Below are positions 20,575 to 30,424 of a stretch of 64,000 nucleotides of DNA, piece by piece. Under the pieces are notes generated by a model. That model saw only the letters and a list, made by a program, of their open reading frames with translations. It ran no database searches and was not told the DNA's origin. Source of the DNA: Candidatus Entotheonellaceae bacterium (GTDB lineage Bacteria > Tectomicrobia > Entotheonellia > Entotheonellales > Entotheonellaceae). Position 1 is the stretch's first letter, and every line of letters begins with the position of its first letter. Where the stretch lies: the NCBI GenBank assembly GCA_965238075.1, contig OZ250173.1, forward strand, positions 928,001-992,000, written 5' to 3'. The position numbers were made by a program, and so were the translations under genes.

Positions 20575-21944
20575 CCTGTGGGCTCTCCCTTCTTCTTCAT
20601 CAAACCAGCCTTCTGTATCGCCGCGATTTCTCCGAGCTCATCCCCAAAGAAGCGCTCAGGCCAGTTTTCTATCTCGCCGAACATGTTCAACTCGAGATCC
20701 TCAATGGAGGCAACTGAACCACGGCTTCGGCAAAAGTAAAGTTTTACAAAACCGTCGCTGTAAGCCTCCTGCTCGGCCACTCGCCGCTGAAAGCGTCTCA
20801 AAAGATGTTCGCTATGACTCTCCACAAGTACTTGCAGGCTTCGGCTCTTGGCGGCAGTGAGCATTACGTCGGCCAGCCCGCTCTGCACCGAGGGATGGAG
20901 ATGGATCTCCGGCTGCTCCATCATAATTGTGGAGCCCTCCGGAACGTAATAAAGCAGCACCAGAGCGGGCAACACCTGAGAGACCCCGAATCCTACATCT
21001 GTTAACAACACCTCTGGACTTCTTGAATCCTGTTTGACCCATGCCTGATAGAGGTTTGAACCTTCGGCAATCTCTTTGATACTGAAGGAGTCAATCAGAC
21101 CTAGTTCTCGTAACCAATAAGCAATGATGCCTTGAAATGTTCTGAGACGAGTCCTTTTGCCGAGATTGCGTTTCTCATTTCGTGCGGTCGCTGCGAGAAT
21201 CGCGTCAATGGTTCTTTCGCCCCGCAATCCGACATCTTCAGGCTTGGCGCCAGCCCAGCGATATTCCCGCTTAGGATACTCGCGAAGAGGGCCGAGGTAG
21301 AAAAGCCGATCAAGCAGACTTTCATATTCATGTTCAAATACACTCAGAAAATCCGCGTTTTTGTAATATGTCTTGGCTTGGTCTGGAAATAGGTAATTTT
21401 TTACCGGCCCCGGCAAATCCCAGACTCGCCCTTGGGTTCGTACGAAATGGAAATTACCTTCAGAACGCCTATCCGGTTTCAGTTGATAGCGCGTTCTGGA
21501 TTGCGCTTTGGGTTTCAGGGAAAAGCTTTGTTCCGAAAACCGGTACGTAAGTTCCGTCCTAAGCTGTAAATCGTTCTCAAAGATGATACTTTCGATCTCC
21601 ATATCGTCACCGGAAAATAGAACCTCGGTACGTTTTCCTTCGGGGTTGGAAATCCTCAAAGTCTTGGGTAATTTCCACTTCAATAGTGAATACACTGACA
21701 ACGTATCATCGTGGTTGTGAACCACGTCTCGATATGTCCCCAGATTTACATGTTGTTCCGGGCCGCCGAAATCAAGCACCAAGCCCCGATCAGTAGCTGC
21801 TTTAGTTTGTTTCAGCAACAACAGCCATTGCAACAAGGAGCTTTTGCCAGTGCTATTGGCGCCAAATATCCCGGTCACCCGACCAAAATCAATTTTGAGC
21901 TTTTCCCATATCTTGAAATTATCGAGTGCTAGATGCTTAAGCAT
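20571..21944 (-). CDS. ABC-type (AAA_15/AAA_21-like) ATPase with DUF3696-like C-terminus
   Basis: Walker A GANSTGKS, signature DVGFGVSQVLP, Walker B MMEQPEIHLHP, ESHSEH, tail GEIENWPERFF; low GC. Confidence 0.9.
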   Translation of the reverse strand: MLKHLALDNFKIWEKLKIDFGRVTGIFGANSTGKSSLLQWLLLLKQTKAATDRGLVLDFGGPEQHVNLGTYRDVVHNHDDTLSVYSLLKWKLPKTLRISNPEGKRTEVLFSGDDMEIESIIFENDLQLRTELTYRFSEQSFSLKPKAQSRTRYQLKPDRRSEGNFHFVRTQGRVWDLPGPVKNYLFPDQAKTYYKNADFLSVFEHEYESLLDRLFYLGPLREYPKREYRWAGAKPEDVGLRGERTIDAILAATARNEKRNLGKRTRLRTFQGIIAYWLRELGLIDSFSIKEIAEGSNLYQAWVKQDSRSPEVLLTDVGFGVSQVLPALVLLYYVPEGSTIMMEQPEIHLHPSVQSGLADVMLTAAKSRSLQVLVESHSEHLLRRFQRRVAEQEAYSDGFVKLYFCRSRGSVASIEDLELNMFGEIENWPERFFGDELGEIAAIQKAGLMKKKGEPTG

Positions 21945-22132
21945 AATGCGAGCCCTCATTTACACATGGCTAGCAGTGCGAGTGGACACTGGCAAGCCAT
22001 CAATGGATGTCCAAAGCAGCAATACCAAAAAATTTAACGCGCTTCACATAATAGATGGATAATAGATGGGCGCCTCATCCTGAACAAGAGCCGAGGTTCT
22101 TATCGCTCACACACAGCGCCCTTAATGATAAT

Positions 22133-22951
22133 TTAAGGCATTTGAACGTGGGATTTTTGTAGATACGCCGGCCAAAGCGGCGCGACGGCGGGGCTTGCGA
22201 CCATGAAGAAGGGATTGAGCAGGTCCTCCTTGTTGTACCGTAACGGCTCGTTCCCCAGTGTGGTGACGCGGCCGCCGGCCTGCTCGACGACGCACTGTGC
22301 CGCCGCGGTGTCCCATTCCATAGTCGGGGCAAGCCGGGGGTAGAGGTCGGCCTCGCCTTCCGCCACCATGCATAGCTTCAGTGCGCTGCCTCTGGATACC
22401 ACCGCCAAGTCGTGCTCCCGCGCCATCCTGTCCAGAAACAGCACGGTCGGCGTCGAGGCATGTGAACGGCTGGCCACCACCTTCACGGGCTGCCCGACGG
22501 TTTGCGCGGCCTGCAGCCGGACGGTCTTGCCGTCGGCTGACCTGTACGCGCCCTCCCCTTCAGCCGCCCAGTACGTCTGGCCCGACACCGGCAAGTGCAC
22601 CACCCCCAGGACTGGCCGGTGACCGCGGATCAAGGCGATGTTGATGGTGAACTCGCCGTTGCGGCGCAGAAACTCCTTCGTCCCGTCCAACGGATCGACC
22701 AGCCAAAACGTGTCCCAATGCCGGCGGTCGGCGTACGTAATGCCCTGCGACTCCTCCGACAATACCGGCCACTCCGGCGTCAGACGCTCCAGCCCCGCCA
22801 CGATATGCCGGTGCGACGCCAAGTCCGCCTGCGTCAGTGGCGAGAAATCCTCCTTGACGACCACCCCAAAATCCGCCGATTGATAGACCTCCAATATAGC
22901 TTCAGCCGCTTCCCCGGCAATGCGCCGAACCTCCGGTAATAACTCCTGCAT
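22133..22951 (-). CDS. cysQ: 3'(2'),5'-bisphosphate nucleotidase CysQ
   Basis: SPLTQADL, VLSEE, WLVDPLDGTKEF, ASRSH, PTMEWDTAAAQ. Confidence 0.93.
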   Translation of the reverse strand: MQELLPEVRRIAGEAAEAILEVYQSADFGVVVKEDFSPLTQADLASHRHIVAGLERLTPEWPVLSEESQGITYADRRHWDTFWLVDPLDGTKEFLRRNGEFTINIALIRGHRPVLGVVHLPVSGQTYWAAEGEGAYRSADGKTVRLQAAQTVGQPVKVVASRSHASTPTVLFLDRMAREHDLAVVSRGSALKLCMVAEGEADLYPRLAPTMEWDTAAAQCVVEQAGGRVTTLGNEPLRYNKEDLLNPFFMVASPAVAPLWPAYLQKSHVQMP

Positions 22952-23197
22952 GTTGTCTCCCAATTGAACACCCTTGCACTGCGCCCACGGCTACCCATGG
23001 GACCTGCCGGAACCTCCCTTCTGCGTTCCCCCCGAGCGATTCCCGCTGTCCGCCAAGATAGCCATAAGAAACTATTAACACCGCCTTAATTGCGTGCTTA
23101 CGTTGGCTTTGTAGAAGGTTCCTATTGTTTAGTCTTCACCACCGGAGCCGAGTTGCGCCGGTGGCACTTTAACGTTTACAAGGAGGAAACACGACCT

Positions 23198-23789
23198 ATG
23201 CGGCATCTCAAAGGATTGGTGATCGGCATCTCCGTTCTGGCCCTGCTGGGTTGCGCGGCTCAGCAGAATGCGGCGTCGAGCAAGGCCATGCCCGAAGCCG
23301 ACGAGATGGCCTCGATGGAAGGCCTGCCCACGCTGGTGGATCAGATCGGTGGAGATTTCTACGTCTACGACCACGACGGTCGGTACTACGTCATCGGTAG
23401 CGCCGAGATGGCCAAGAAGTTCAAGGGAAGCGGCCACCTGCCCTACACCCACACCCTGATTGGCGCCGGCCCGCACGGCAGGACTGTTATCTTCGAGGTC
23501 GTCAAGAAGAAGCCCGAGTTGTGGAGCGCCTGCAAGAGATGTATGAGAGCACCCCCCACCTGGTGGCAAGGGAGGGTGAGGATTATTTTGGTACCACCAC
23601 CAGGGACGCTATTACGTTGTCGGCAGCACCAAGATGAGCATCAAGTTCATCGGCAGCGGGCACCTGCCATACACCCGCACCGTTATCGGCGGCGGACCGC
23701 AAGGCAAGACGGTGGTCTTCGAGATCGACAAAAAGAAGCCGGAATACGTCGAGCGGCTGATGACCCAATTCCGGTCAAAGTCCATGTAG
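23198..23789 (+). pseudogene. Lipoprotein with a tandem-duplicated ~70 aa domain, two apparent frameshifts
   Basis: RBS AGGAGG; lipobox LLGC; repeat GRYYV.GS...KF.GSGHLPYT.T.IG.GP.G.TV.FE..KKKPE occurs twice; T missing near 23519 and 23586. Confidence 0.75.
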
Positions 23790-23834
23790 ATTGATCCACC
23801 CCTCGTCCAAATGGTAGAGGAGCTGCCCCACCGA

Positions 23835-24485
23835 TCAGTGCATGGGCCACATGGCGGCGGCGAGGGACGATTCGATGTCCCGCACCGCTTTCGAGACCTC
23901 CCGGCCGATCAGGTCCATCCTGCGGACCTGATCAATGCGTTGGGTGACGCCCTGCAACTCCCGCCTGGAGAGCAGGATTTTGAAGATGTCGCACACGTCG
24001 GCAAGGGAAATGATGATGATATCGCGCGCATCCGGGATTTCATTGCTGAACAGGACCTCCATGATCCGCAGCTTCACTTCCTGGATGGACTGGTTGTTGA
24101 TGACCGGGTAGCGCCGCGTCTGGAACACCCACAGGAAATAATCGTCCTCTCGGTGGAGAACCCCACGCTGGACAAGACGCGCCAGCGAGCGCTCGCGAAT
24201 CTCAACCGCCTGGGCGCTTGTCTGCTCGACCCAGTAGCGGGTGTCGTGTGTCTCCGTCGATTCCACGATGCGGGCAAGCGTCGGATCCAGCAAATCATCC
24301 CCAATCGGTGTCGTATCGGTGACGAAGAGATGATTCTCATCGGTATCGATGCGGCCCTCTATCGCCAGATCCATCAGAACCGCGCCGGCAAGCGCGTACT
24401 TGAACGACAGCATGGGTATGTCGGCGAATTCCCTACCCTTGTCATCAAGCAGAAGAAGCAGCAGCTCCTCCGAAAATCTCAACAT
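23835..24485 (-). CDS. GPP34/GOLPH3 family protein
   Basis: EELLLLLLDD, LAGAVLMDLAIEGRI, GDDLLD, LARLVQRGVL, FLWVF.TRRYP. Confidence 0.85.
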   Translation of the reverse strand: MLRFSEELLLLLLDDKGREFADIPMLSFKYALAGAVLMDLAIEGRIDTDENHLFVTDTTPIGDDLLDPTLARIVESTETHDTRYWVEQTSAQAVEIRERSLARLVQRGVLHREDDYFLWVFQTRRYPVINNQSIQEVKLRIMEVLFSNEIPDARDIIIISLADVCDIFKILLSRRELQGVTQRIDQVRRMDLIGREVSKAVRDIESSLAAAMWPMH

Positions 24486-24659
24486 AGGCGCAGTCTCCTG
24501 ATCTGAGGGCACAATTGGCACGTGTGTCGTGGCGGCGCGGAATGGACGAAACCAAGCCTGGAACCGGCCCCTTCCGCCAAGGCTGTATTTGATATGGCCC
24601 CATATTATGACATCGTTGGGGACTATGACAAAGGCAGAGTCCGCCTCGTTAACGGCCGG

Positions 24660-25613
24660 CTACAGAAAATCCTCGCCGACCCCTTCCAGTCCGTCTCGAA
24701 TCGCTTCCCGCTCCTCGGCCGTGAGTTCCGGCATGTCGCTCACGGCCAGGTTTTCCGCCGCCTGCGCTGCCGTTTTGATGCCGGGAATGACCACCGAAAT
24801 TTCCGGCGCGTCCAGAACGAACCGCAACGCTGCCTGCGCCAGCGAGCGCTGCTCGGCGGCCAGAAAACCCACCCCATTGGCCACATCAGCTTGCAGGGCG
24901 AGATAACCCGGCGGCCAGGAAGCTCGCACGTCGCTGGGGTCGAACGTGGTGTCAGCCGTGTAGTTGCCGCTCAGCACGCCGCTGCACAGAGGCGAACGGA
25001 TAATCAGGCCAACGTCGTTATCCCGCGCCTCCGGGAAAAGCTCTTCGCGCGGGTCCTGCCGCAGCAGGTTGTACTCCACTTGCAGGGCATCCGGCTTGCC
25101 GGTATGGATGGCCATGATGCCCTCGTAGGCGTCGTGCACCGAGACGCCGTAATGGCGAATCTTGCCCTGCTGCTTCAGATCGTCCAGCACCTCGTAGTGC
25201 TCGCCGCGCTCCAGCATCATCAGCGGCGGGTTGTGCAGTTGGTACAGATCGACGTAGTCCATGCGCAGGCGTTGTAGACTCTTGTCCAGCGCCTCCCGGA
25301 TGTAGCCGGGATCGAAGTTCTTGCGGAACGGCCCATGGTAGAAATCGCATCCCACCTTGGTGGCAATGACGCAGGCCGAGCGGTGCTTCGCCAGGGCCTG
25401 GCCGAGCAGCTTTTCGCTGAGGCCGTGGCCGTACACGTCAGCGGTGTCGAAAAATGTGCAGCCCAGATCGAAGGCACGAGCGACGGCGCGCAGCGATTCC
25501 CTGTTGTCGGTCGGGCCGTAACTGTGGCCGTGAGCGTTGCCGCCAATCGCCCAGGCACCAAACCCCACCTCCGATACCTGCAATTCCGTCCGTCCCAACC
25601 GCCGGTAGCGCAC
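24660..25613 (-). CDS. Aldo/keto reductase
   Basis: VSEVGFGAW, FDTADVYG.G.SE, IATK, DLYQLH, VIPG. Confidence 0.95.
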   Translation of the reverse strand: MRYRRLGRTELQVSEVGFGAWAIGGNAHGHSYGPTDNRESLRAVARAFDLGCTFFDTADVYGHGLSEKLLGQALAKHRSACVIATKVGCDFYHGPFRKNFDPGYIREALDKSLQRLRMDYVDLYQLHNPPLMMLERGEHYEVLDDLKQQGKIRHYGVSVHDAYEGIMAIHTGKPDALQVEYNLLRQDPREELFPEARDNDVGLIIRSPLCSGVLSGNYTADTTFDPSDVRASWPPGYLALQADVANGVGFLAAEQRSLAQAALRFVLDAPEISVVIPGIKTAAQAAENLAVSDMPELTAEEREAIRDGLEGVGEDFL

Positions 25614-25787
25614 CTGATCCTCCTCCCCTTGCTGAACGCCTGTCGCGCCATTGTCACCACTCCTCGCCCGCCTGCGCCGCCAATTTTACAACAGGTGACA
25701 GGAGCATAAACCAGATAGTATAGTAGCCCGCCGCAAAAGCCGAGCCACTTTCTGGAACGGAGATTCCCACCCCTGGCGTAGGGGCCT

Positions 25788-26219
25788 ATGAACGACCTGC
25801 TTGCGTATCTTCACCCTGCCCTGCAAGTGATCGTGCTGGTAATCGCCGTCGCCGTGCTGCGTTTGGGGCTAGCCCTGAAGAACGATCGCCTGGGGCCGCG
25901 GCGCTTGGAGCAGCGGTATGGCGTGATGCGGCGGCATACGCAACTGGGATGGCTATTCCTTGGGTGCCTGGCGGCCGGTTACGCGTTCGGGCTGGTCAGC
26001 ATGTGGCTGTTTCGTGAGCAGGCGCTGTTTCGTTCGGCGCACTTTTTCTTCGGAACGCTGGCGTTACTGCTGTTTCTGGGCGGCGGCTACATGGGCTGGC
26101 GGCTGCAACGCGGCACGCCCCGTTACGCGGACGTGCGGGACGTGCACGGCTTTCTGGCGTACCTGGGGCTATTCGTCTCGCTCGGGGTCGCCGTGATGGG
26201 GTTTATCCTGCTGCCCTAA
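25788..26219 (+). CDS. Four-helix membrane protein with conserved histidines (DUF4079 / cytochrome b561-like)
   Basis: YLHP, RRH..LG, FRSAHFF.G, RDVHG spacing. Confidence 0.65.
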   Translation: MNDLLAYLHPALQVIVLVIAVAVLRLGLALKNDRLGPRRLEQRYGVMRRHTQLGWLFLGCLAAGYAFGLVSMWLFREQALFRSAHFFFGTLALLLFLGGGYMGWRLQRGTPRYADVRDVHGFLAYLGLFVSLGVAVMGFILLP

Positions 26220-26285
26220 TGTCACGGGGCGAGTGGATTGTTGGGATAGCCGGAGGTACGGGACCTCGGCCATTGGGAGAAAGGC

Positions 26286-27449
26286 ATGACGGCAGAAGCT
26301 CCGTCGGCGGCAGTCGCCGACAGCATGTCCTGGTTTGCGGACACCCACGAGCAGTTGTTGGAAGAAACGTTGCATTTGTGCCGCATACCGGCGCCGACGT
26401 TCGACGAGGCCGAGCGCGCCGTTTACGTGGCCGAGCGCATGCGAACCATCGCGCTGAGCGACGTGCAAGTCGACGCCATTCACAACGTCAGTGGCGTGCT
26501 GAACTATGGCGGTACGGGGCCGACGACGCTGGTGGTGGCCCACCTCGACACTGTGTTTCCGCGCGCCACCCCCCTGCACGTGCGGCGCACCAGGCAGCGC
26601 CTCTACGGCCCCGGCATCGGCGACAACTCTCTGGCGGTGGCGGCGATGCTCAACGTGGCGGCGGCCATGCAGCGTTTTCGGCCCGAGACGGCCGGACGCG
26701 TCATCTTTGCCGCCAGCGTCGGCGAGGAAGGCTTGGGAAACCTGTGCGGCATCCGAGGGCTGATGGAAACCTGGGGGCGCGACGTGGATACGGTCATCGC
26801 GGTCGAGGGGCACGGCGTCGACGAAATCCGTCACGCCGGCATCGGCAGCACGCGGTTGAAGGTAACCTTCAGCGGTCCCGGTGGCCACAGCTGGGGCGCC
26901 TTCGGTACCCCCAGCGCCATCCACGCCATGGGCACGGTCATTCACAAGCTGTCGCAATTCAAGATGTCCGCCAATCCCAGGACTACCTTCAACGTCGGGC
27001 TTGTCGATGGCGGCGCCAGCGTCAACACCATCGCGCCGCGCGCCACCATGCTGGTGGACCTACGCTCGGTGTCGGCGCGCCACTTGGAACAACTGGAAGC
27101 GCGCGTAGCCCACCTGCTGAAGGACGTCGAGCGCCACACCGGGGTCAGTGTGGAAAACATCATTGTCGGTCGGCGCCCGGCGGCGGCGTTGTCGGTCTCG
27201 CATCCGCTGTGCAAGGGCATCTTGGACATTCGCAAACGTCTACGCATGCGGCCGGCGGTCTTCAGCGCCTCCAGCACCGACGCCAATTTACCGCTCAGCC
27301 TGGGGGTTCCCTCGGTGTGCCTGGGCATTACGCGCGGCGGCTTGGCGCACACCGTCAAGGAATACATCGAATGCGGCCCGGTCCTGGGCGGCGTGAAGCA
27401 GCTGTTTTTCACCCTTTTGCACACCCTGGAGAGCCCCGCGATCGCGTAA
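26286..27449 (+). CDS. M20/M25/M40 family metallo-hydrolase
   Basis: AHLDTVFP, GPGIGDN, VGEEGLGN, GPGGHSWG, STDAN, AHT..E. Confidence 0.92.
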   Translation: MTAEAPSAAVADSMSWFADTHEQLLEETLHLCRIPAPTFDEAERAVYVAERMRTIALSDVQVDAIHNVSGVLNYGGTGPTTLVVAHLDTVFPRATPLHVRRTRQRLYGPGIGDNSLAVAAMLNVAAAMQRFRPETAGRVIFAASVGEEGLGNLCGIRGLMETWGRDVDTVIAVEGHGVDEIRHAGIGSTRLKVTFSGPGGHSWGAFGTPSAIHAMGTVIHKLSQFKMSANPRTTFNVGLVDGGASVNTIAPRATMLVDLRSVSARHLEQLEARVAHLLKDVERHTGVSVENIIVGRRPAAALSVSHPLCKGILDIRKRLRMRPAVFSASSTDANLPLSLGVPSVCLGITRGGLAHTVKEYIECGPVLGGVKQLFFTLLHTLESPAIA

Positions 27450-27475
27450 CGGCGGAGACCGGGAAAGGAGTCGAG

Positions 27476-28276
27476 ATGACAGAGGGTCCGTTGGTCTACG
27501 AACGGCGCGGCGGCGTCGTGACCCTGCGGCTGAATCGCCCCGAAACGCTCAACGCTATGAATGAGGCGATGATGGCGGAATTCGAGCGCTTGTTGCCGGA
27601 CATTGCGGCCGATGCCACAGTGCGGGCCGTGGTGCTGACGGGGACGGGGCGGGCCTTTTCGTCGGGCGGCGATCAAAAGCGCGACCGCGGCCAGGAGGCC
27701 GAGCGCAAGGTTTTCGACGGCGACCTCGGGGGCGGTGTGGTGGAGCGGCTGCATCGCTGCATCCTCCAGCTGCAGCGGATGCCCAAGCCGGTGATCGCCA
27801 GCGTCAACGGCGTTGCCGTCGGCGCCGGTTGCAATCTGGCCCTGGCCGCCGACTTGCGCATCGCCGCGGACAGCGCCCGATTCGGCGAGGTGTTCAGCCT
27901 CAGAGGGCTGGTGCCGGACGGCGGCGGCAGCTATTTCTTGCCCCGCTTGGTCGGCGTTGCTAAGGCGATGGAGCTCATCATGCTAGCCGACATCATCGAC
28001 GCCGATGAGGCGCTGCGCATCGGCTTAGTCAATTGGGTCAAACCGGTGCACGAACTGCAAGCGGAAACCGACAAGCTGGCTGAGCGCCTGGCGCAGGGAC
28101 CGACCCTGGCCTACGGCATGGCCAAATCCGCGGTGTATCAGGGACTGGAGATGTCGCTGGAGGACGTGCTCAACGTGGAGTCGCGCAATCAGGCGATTGC
28201 CGGGCGTTCGCAGGATCGCGCCGAGGGCGTCGCGGCGTTCCTGGAAAAACGCCAACCGCACTTCATCGGGCGTTGA
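27476..28276 (+). CDS. Enoyl-CoA hydratase/isomerase (PaaG-like)
   Basis: ATG after AAGGAG; LNRPETLNA, AFSSGGD, AVGAG, GLVPDGG, EGVAAFLEKR. Confidence 0.93.
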   Translation: MTEGPLVYERRGGVVTLRLNRPETLNAMNEAMMAEFERLLPDIAADATVRAVVLTGTGRAFSSGGDQKRDRGQEAERKVFDGDLGGGVVERLHRCILQLQRMPKPVIASVNGVAVGAGCNLALAADLRIAADSARFGEVFSLRGLVPDGGGSYFLPRLVGVAKAMELIMLADIIDADEALRIGLVNWVKPVHELQAETDKLAERLAQGPTLAYGMAKSAVYQGLEMSLEDVLNVESRNQAIAGRSQDRAEGVAAFLEKRQPHFIGR

Positions 28277-28295
28277 CGGCTGGCCGCGCGCTAGC

Positions 28296-29663
28296 TTACG
28301 GCTCTGGGGTCTGCGGCACGGGCGTCGGGGGGGCCTCGCCTGAAGCGCGTTTCTCAACCTTGATACGCGCGATTCGGGGACCGTGCATGTCGACCACGGT
28401 GAACGTGTGGCCATGCTCGGTGATCGACTCGCCCCCCTGCGGAATGTGTCCCAGGCGCGTCAGCAGCATGCCCGCCAAGGTCTGGTAATCCGGGTCCTCT
28501 TCAACCGGCAACTCGTACTGCTCTCGCAGGTCCCACAGCGGCGTGTTACCCTGAACCACCAGCGCGCCGTCGGGCAAGCGCGCCACCGCGGCATTGGCCT
28601 CCGGCTGCGCCTCGTCCGGCAGGTCCCCCACCAGTTGTTCCAGCAGGTCCTCGATGGTGATCAGTCCCGCTATGCCGCCGTGTTCGTCCACCACAATGGC
28701 CATATTCAGATGACGCTGCTGCAAGGTGCGCAGCACACGGCTGATCTGCACCGTTTCCGGCACGTACAGCGGCGGGTGCAGCAGGCTTTCCACGGTCCAG
28801 GGCTGGTTCTCGATGACCATGCGCAGAACGTCCTTGAAATAGAGCACGCCGACGATGTGGTCGAGGTCGCCGCGGTAGACCGGCACCCGCGTGTGCCCGA
28901 TGTCGACGAGCCTGCGGGTGACTTCCTCGGGCGGCGTCGTGACCTCCAGCGCCTGCATGCGCACCCGCGGCACCATCACCTCCCGCGCCGCGGTATCGGT
29001 GAACTCGAAAACACCTTCAATGAGCTCCTGCTCGACTTCCTCAAAAATGCCCCGCTCGGCCCCCTCGCGTACCAGGCTGGTCACGTCTTCCTCGGTCACC
29101 ATGGGGATTGTCGGCGTGGCTTCCGAGGTTCCCCGCTGGCCCAGCAAGCGGAGGACGACGGACGACGACAACGCCACGATGGCGCGCGCCGCGCCGCAAC
29201 ATCGCGTCAGAACGTGAAGCGGCCAGGCGGCCGCACGTACGACGTGCTCCGGGTGCTGCTGGGCAAGTGCTCTGGGCACGACCTGGCCTGCCACCAGGGC
29301 GATATACGTCAGCGCCGCGGTAACCAAACCGAGAGCGCAGGCGAGCGCCCAGGAACCGCCGGCGGAGAACGGCCAGCGGGCGCCCATCCAGGGCGATACG
29401 TCGCGCACCGCCAACCAGCCGGCCAGCACGGCGGCGAAGATGCCCATGAGGGTCATAAAGAGGCGCGACGTGGTGAGATGGCGTTCCGGGCTTTGGCGGA
29501 TCAGCAACGCCGTTGCCGCGCCCCGCATGCCGGCCTCCAGCATTTGCTGCAGACGGTTTTTCTGCGCCGCAAGAATCGCCACCTCGATGCCGTGAAACGC
29601 CCCATACAGGAGCATGGCTATCCCGATCGGGATGAGCTTGCCCCACATCGCATCGGAATCCAT
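28296..29663 (-). CDS. Hemolysin/CorC-HlyC family protein (CNNM, two CBS, CorC domains)
   Basis: AREVMVPR, HTRVPVY, AIVVDEHGG..GLITIEDLLEQLVG, YQTLAG. Confidence 0.92.
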   Translation of the reverse strand: MDSDAMWGKLIPIGIAMLLYGAFHGIEVAILAAQKNRLQQMLEAGMRGAATALLIRQSPERHLTTSRLFMTLMGIFAAVLAGWLAVRDVSPWMGARWPFSAGGSWALACALGLVTAALTYIALVAGQVVPRALAQQHPEHVVRAAAWPLHVLTRCCGAARAIVALSSSVVLRLLGQRGTSEATPTIPMVTEEDVTSLVREGAERGIFEEVEQELIEGVFEFTDTAAREVMVPRVRMQALEVTTPPEEVTRRLVDIGHTRVPVYRGDLDHIVGVLYFKDVLRMVIENQPWTVESLLHPPLYVPETVQISRVLRTLQQRHLNMAIVVDEHGGIAGLITIEDLLEQLVGDLPDEAQPEANAAVARLPDGALVVQGNTPLWDLREQYELPVEEDPDYQTLAGMLLTRLGHIPQGGESITEHGHTFTVVDMHGPRIARIKVEKRASGEAPPTPVPQTPEP

Positions 29664-29709
29664 GACCCCCTCTCCTGAGCAGGCCTCGCAGCCTGCCGGT
29701 TGATTCTCC

Positions 29710-30381
29710 TTACCCGTCGGCACCGGTCAGGTCGGGCATTCGGTCGACGTACAGCGTCAGGCGCTGCACGTCAATGACCTCCACCGCTTCACCGCTGTCA
29801 ATCGTCTCGCCGCTTTGCGACACCGCGTTCCACAGCACGCCGCCCGGCATGTTCACCCTCCCTGCGGGGGTAAGCGGATGCACCACCGTGCCGCATTGAT
29901 AAAGCATGCCCTCGGCGCCGGTCCAGTTGCTGTTGTCGTATTGATAATACAGCGCCCCGTACCGCCATTCGTAGACCAGGATGCTGCCGGTCAGAACCAC
30001 TGCCCACGCCAGCCCGCAACTCCCACCCAACACCGTCCACCAGTGGCCTGACAGACTCACGGTCAAGACGATCACCACGACACCGAGGGCCACGGGGATG
30101 GCCAGATAATAGCTGTAGACGAACATGGCGGCGAGGGCTTCGAAGGCGCTGAGGTAGTTGACAGGGATTTTGTTGCGCTCGTAACGCCGGTCGCGGCGCG
30201 TGATGCGTCGGGCCAAATAGCGCCAGCGCAGCAGCGCGCCCGGAACGGCCAGCGACGCACCCAGGGCCACGGCGTCGGGCGCCTGCCAAGCGCGGTCGCC
30301 AAGCCACCAGATGAGACCGGCGCACAGCAGCCCGAAGCCGATAAGGTTGCGCAAGACCCGCACCTGTTTGACCTTCGCCAT
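29710..30381 (-). CDS. Membrane protein with NfeD-like C-terminal OB domain
   Basis: TM helices then TGAEGM...G.VV.PL.P.GRV...G.LWNA.S...I..G..VEV......L.V. Confidence 0.8.
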   Translation of the reverse strand: MAKVKQVRVLRNLIGFGLLCAGLIWWLGDRAWQAPDAVALGASLAVPGALLRWRYLARRITRRDRRYERNKIPVNYLSAFEALAAMFVYSYYLAIPVALGVVVIVLTVSLSGHWWTVLGGSCGLAWAVVLTGSILVYEWRYGALYYQYDNSNWTGAEGMLYQCGTVVHPLTPAGRVNMPGGVLWNAVSQSGETIDSGEAVEVIDVQRLTLYVDRMPDLTGADG

Positions 30382-30424
30382 GCCGTTGCGCCCTCCCGTT
30401 GAAGGAGGTTAACCGAGCCCGTGC

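Noticed and set aside
26219-28276. 685-aa ORF suggesting a peptidase-crotonase fusion
   Set aside because: The first ~420 aa are an alternative frame of the M20 gene; the crotonase has its own RBS and ATG at 27476
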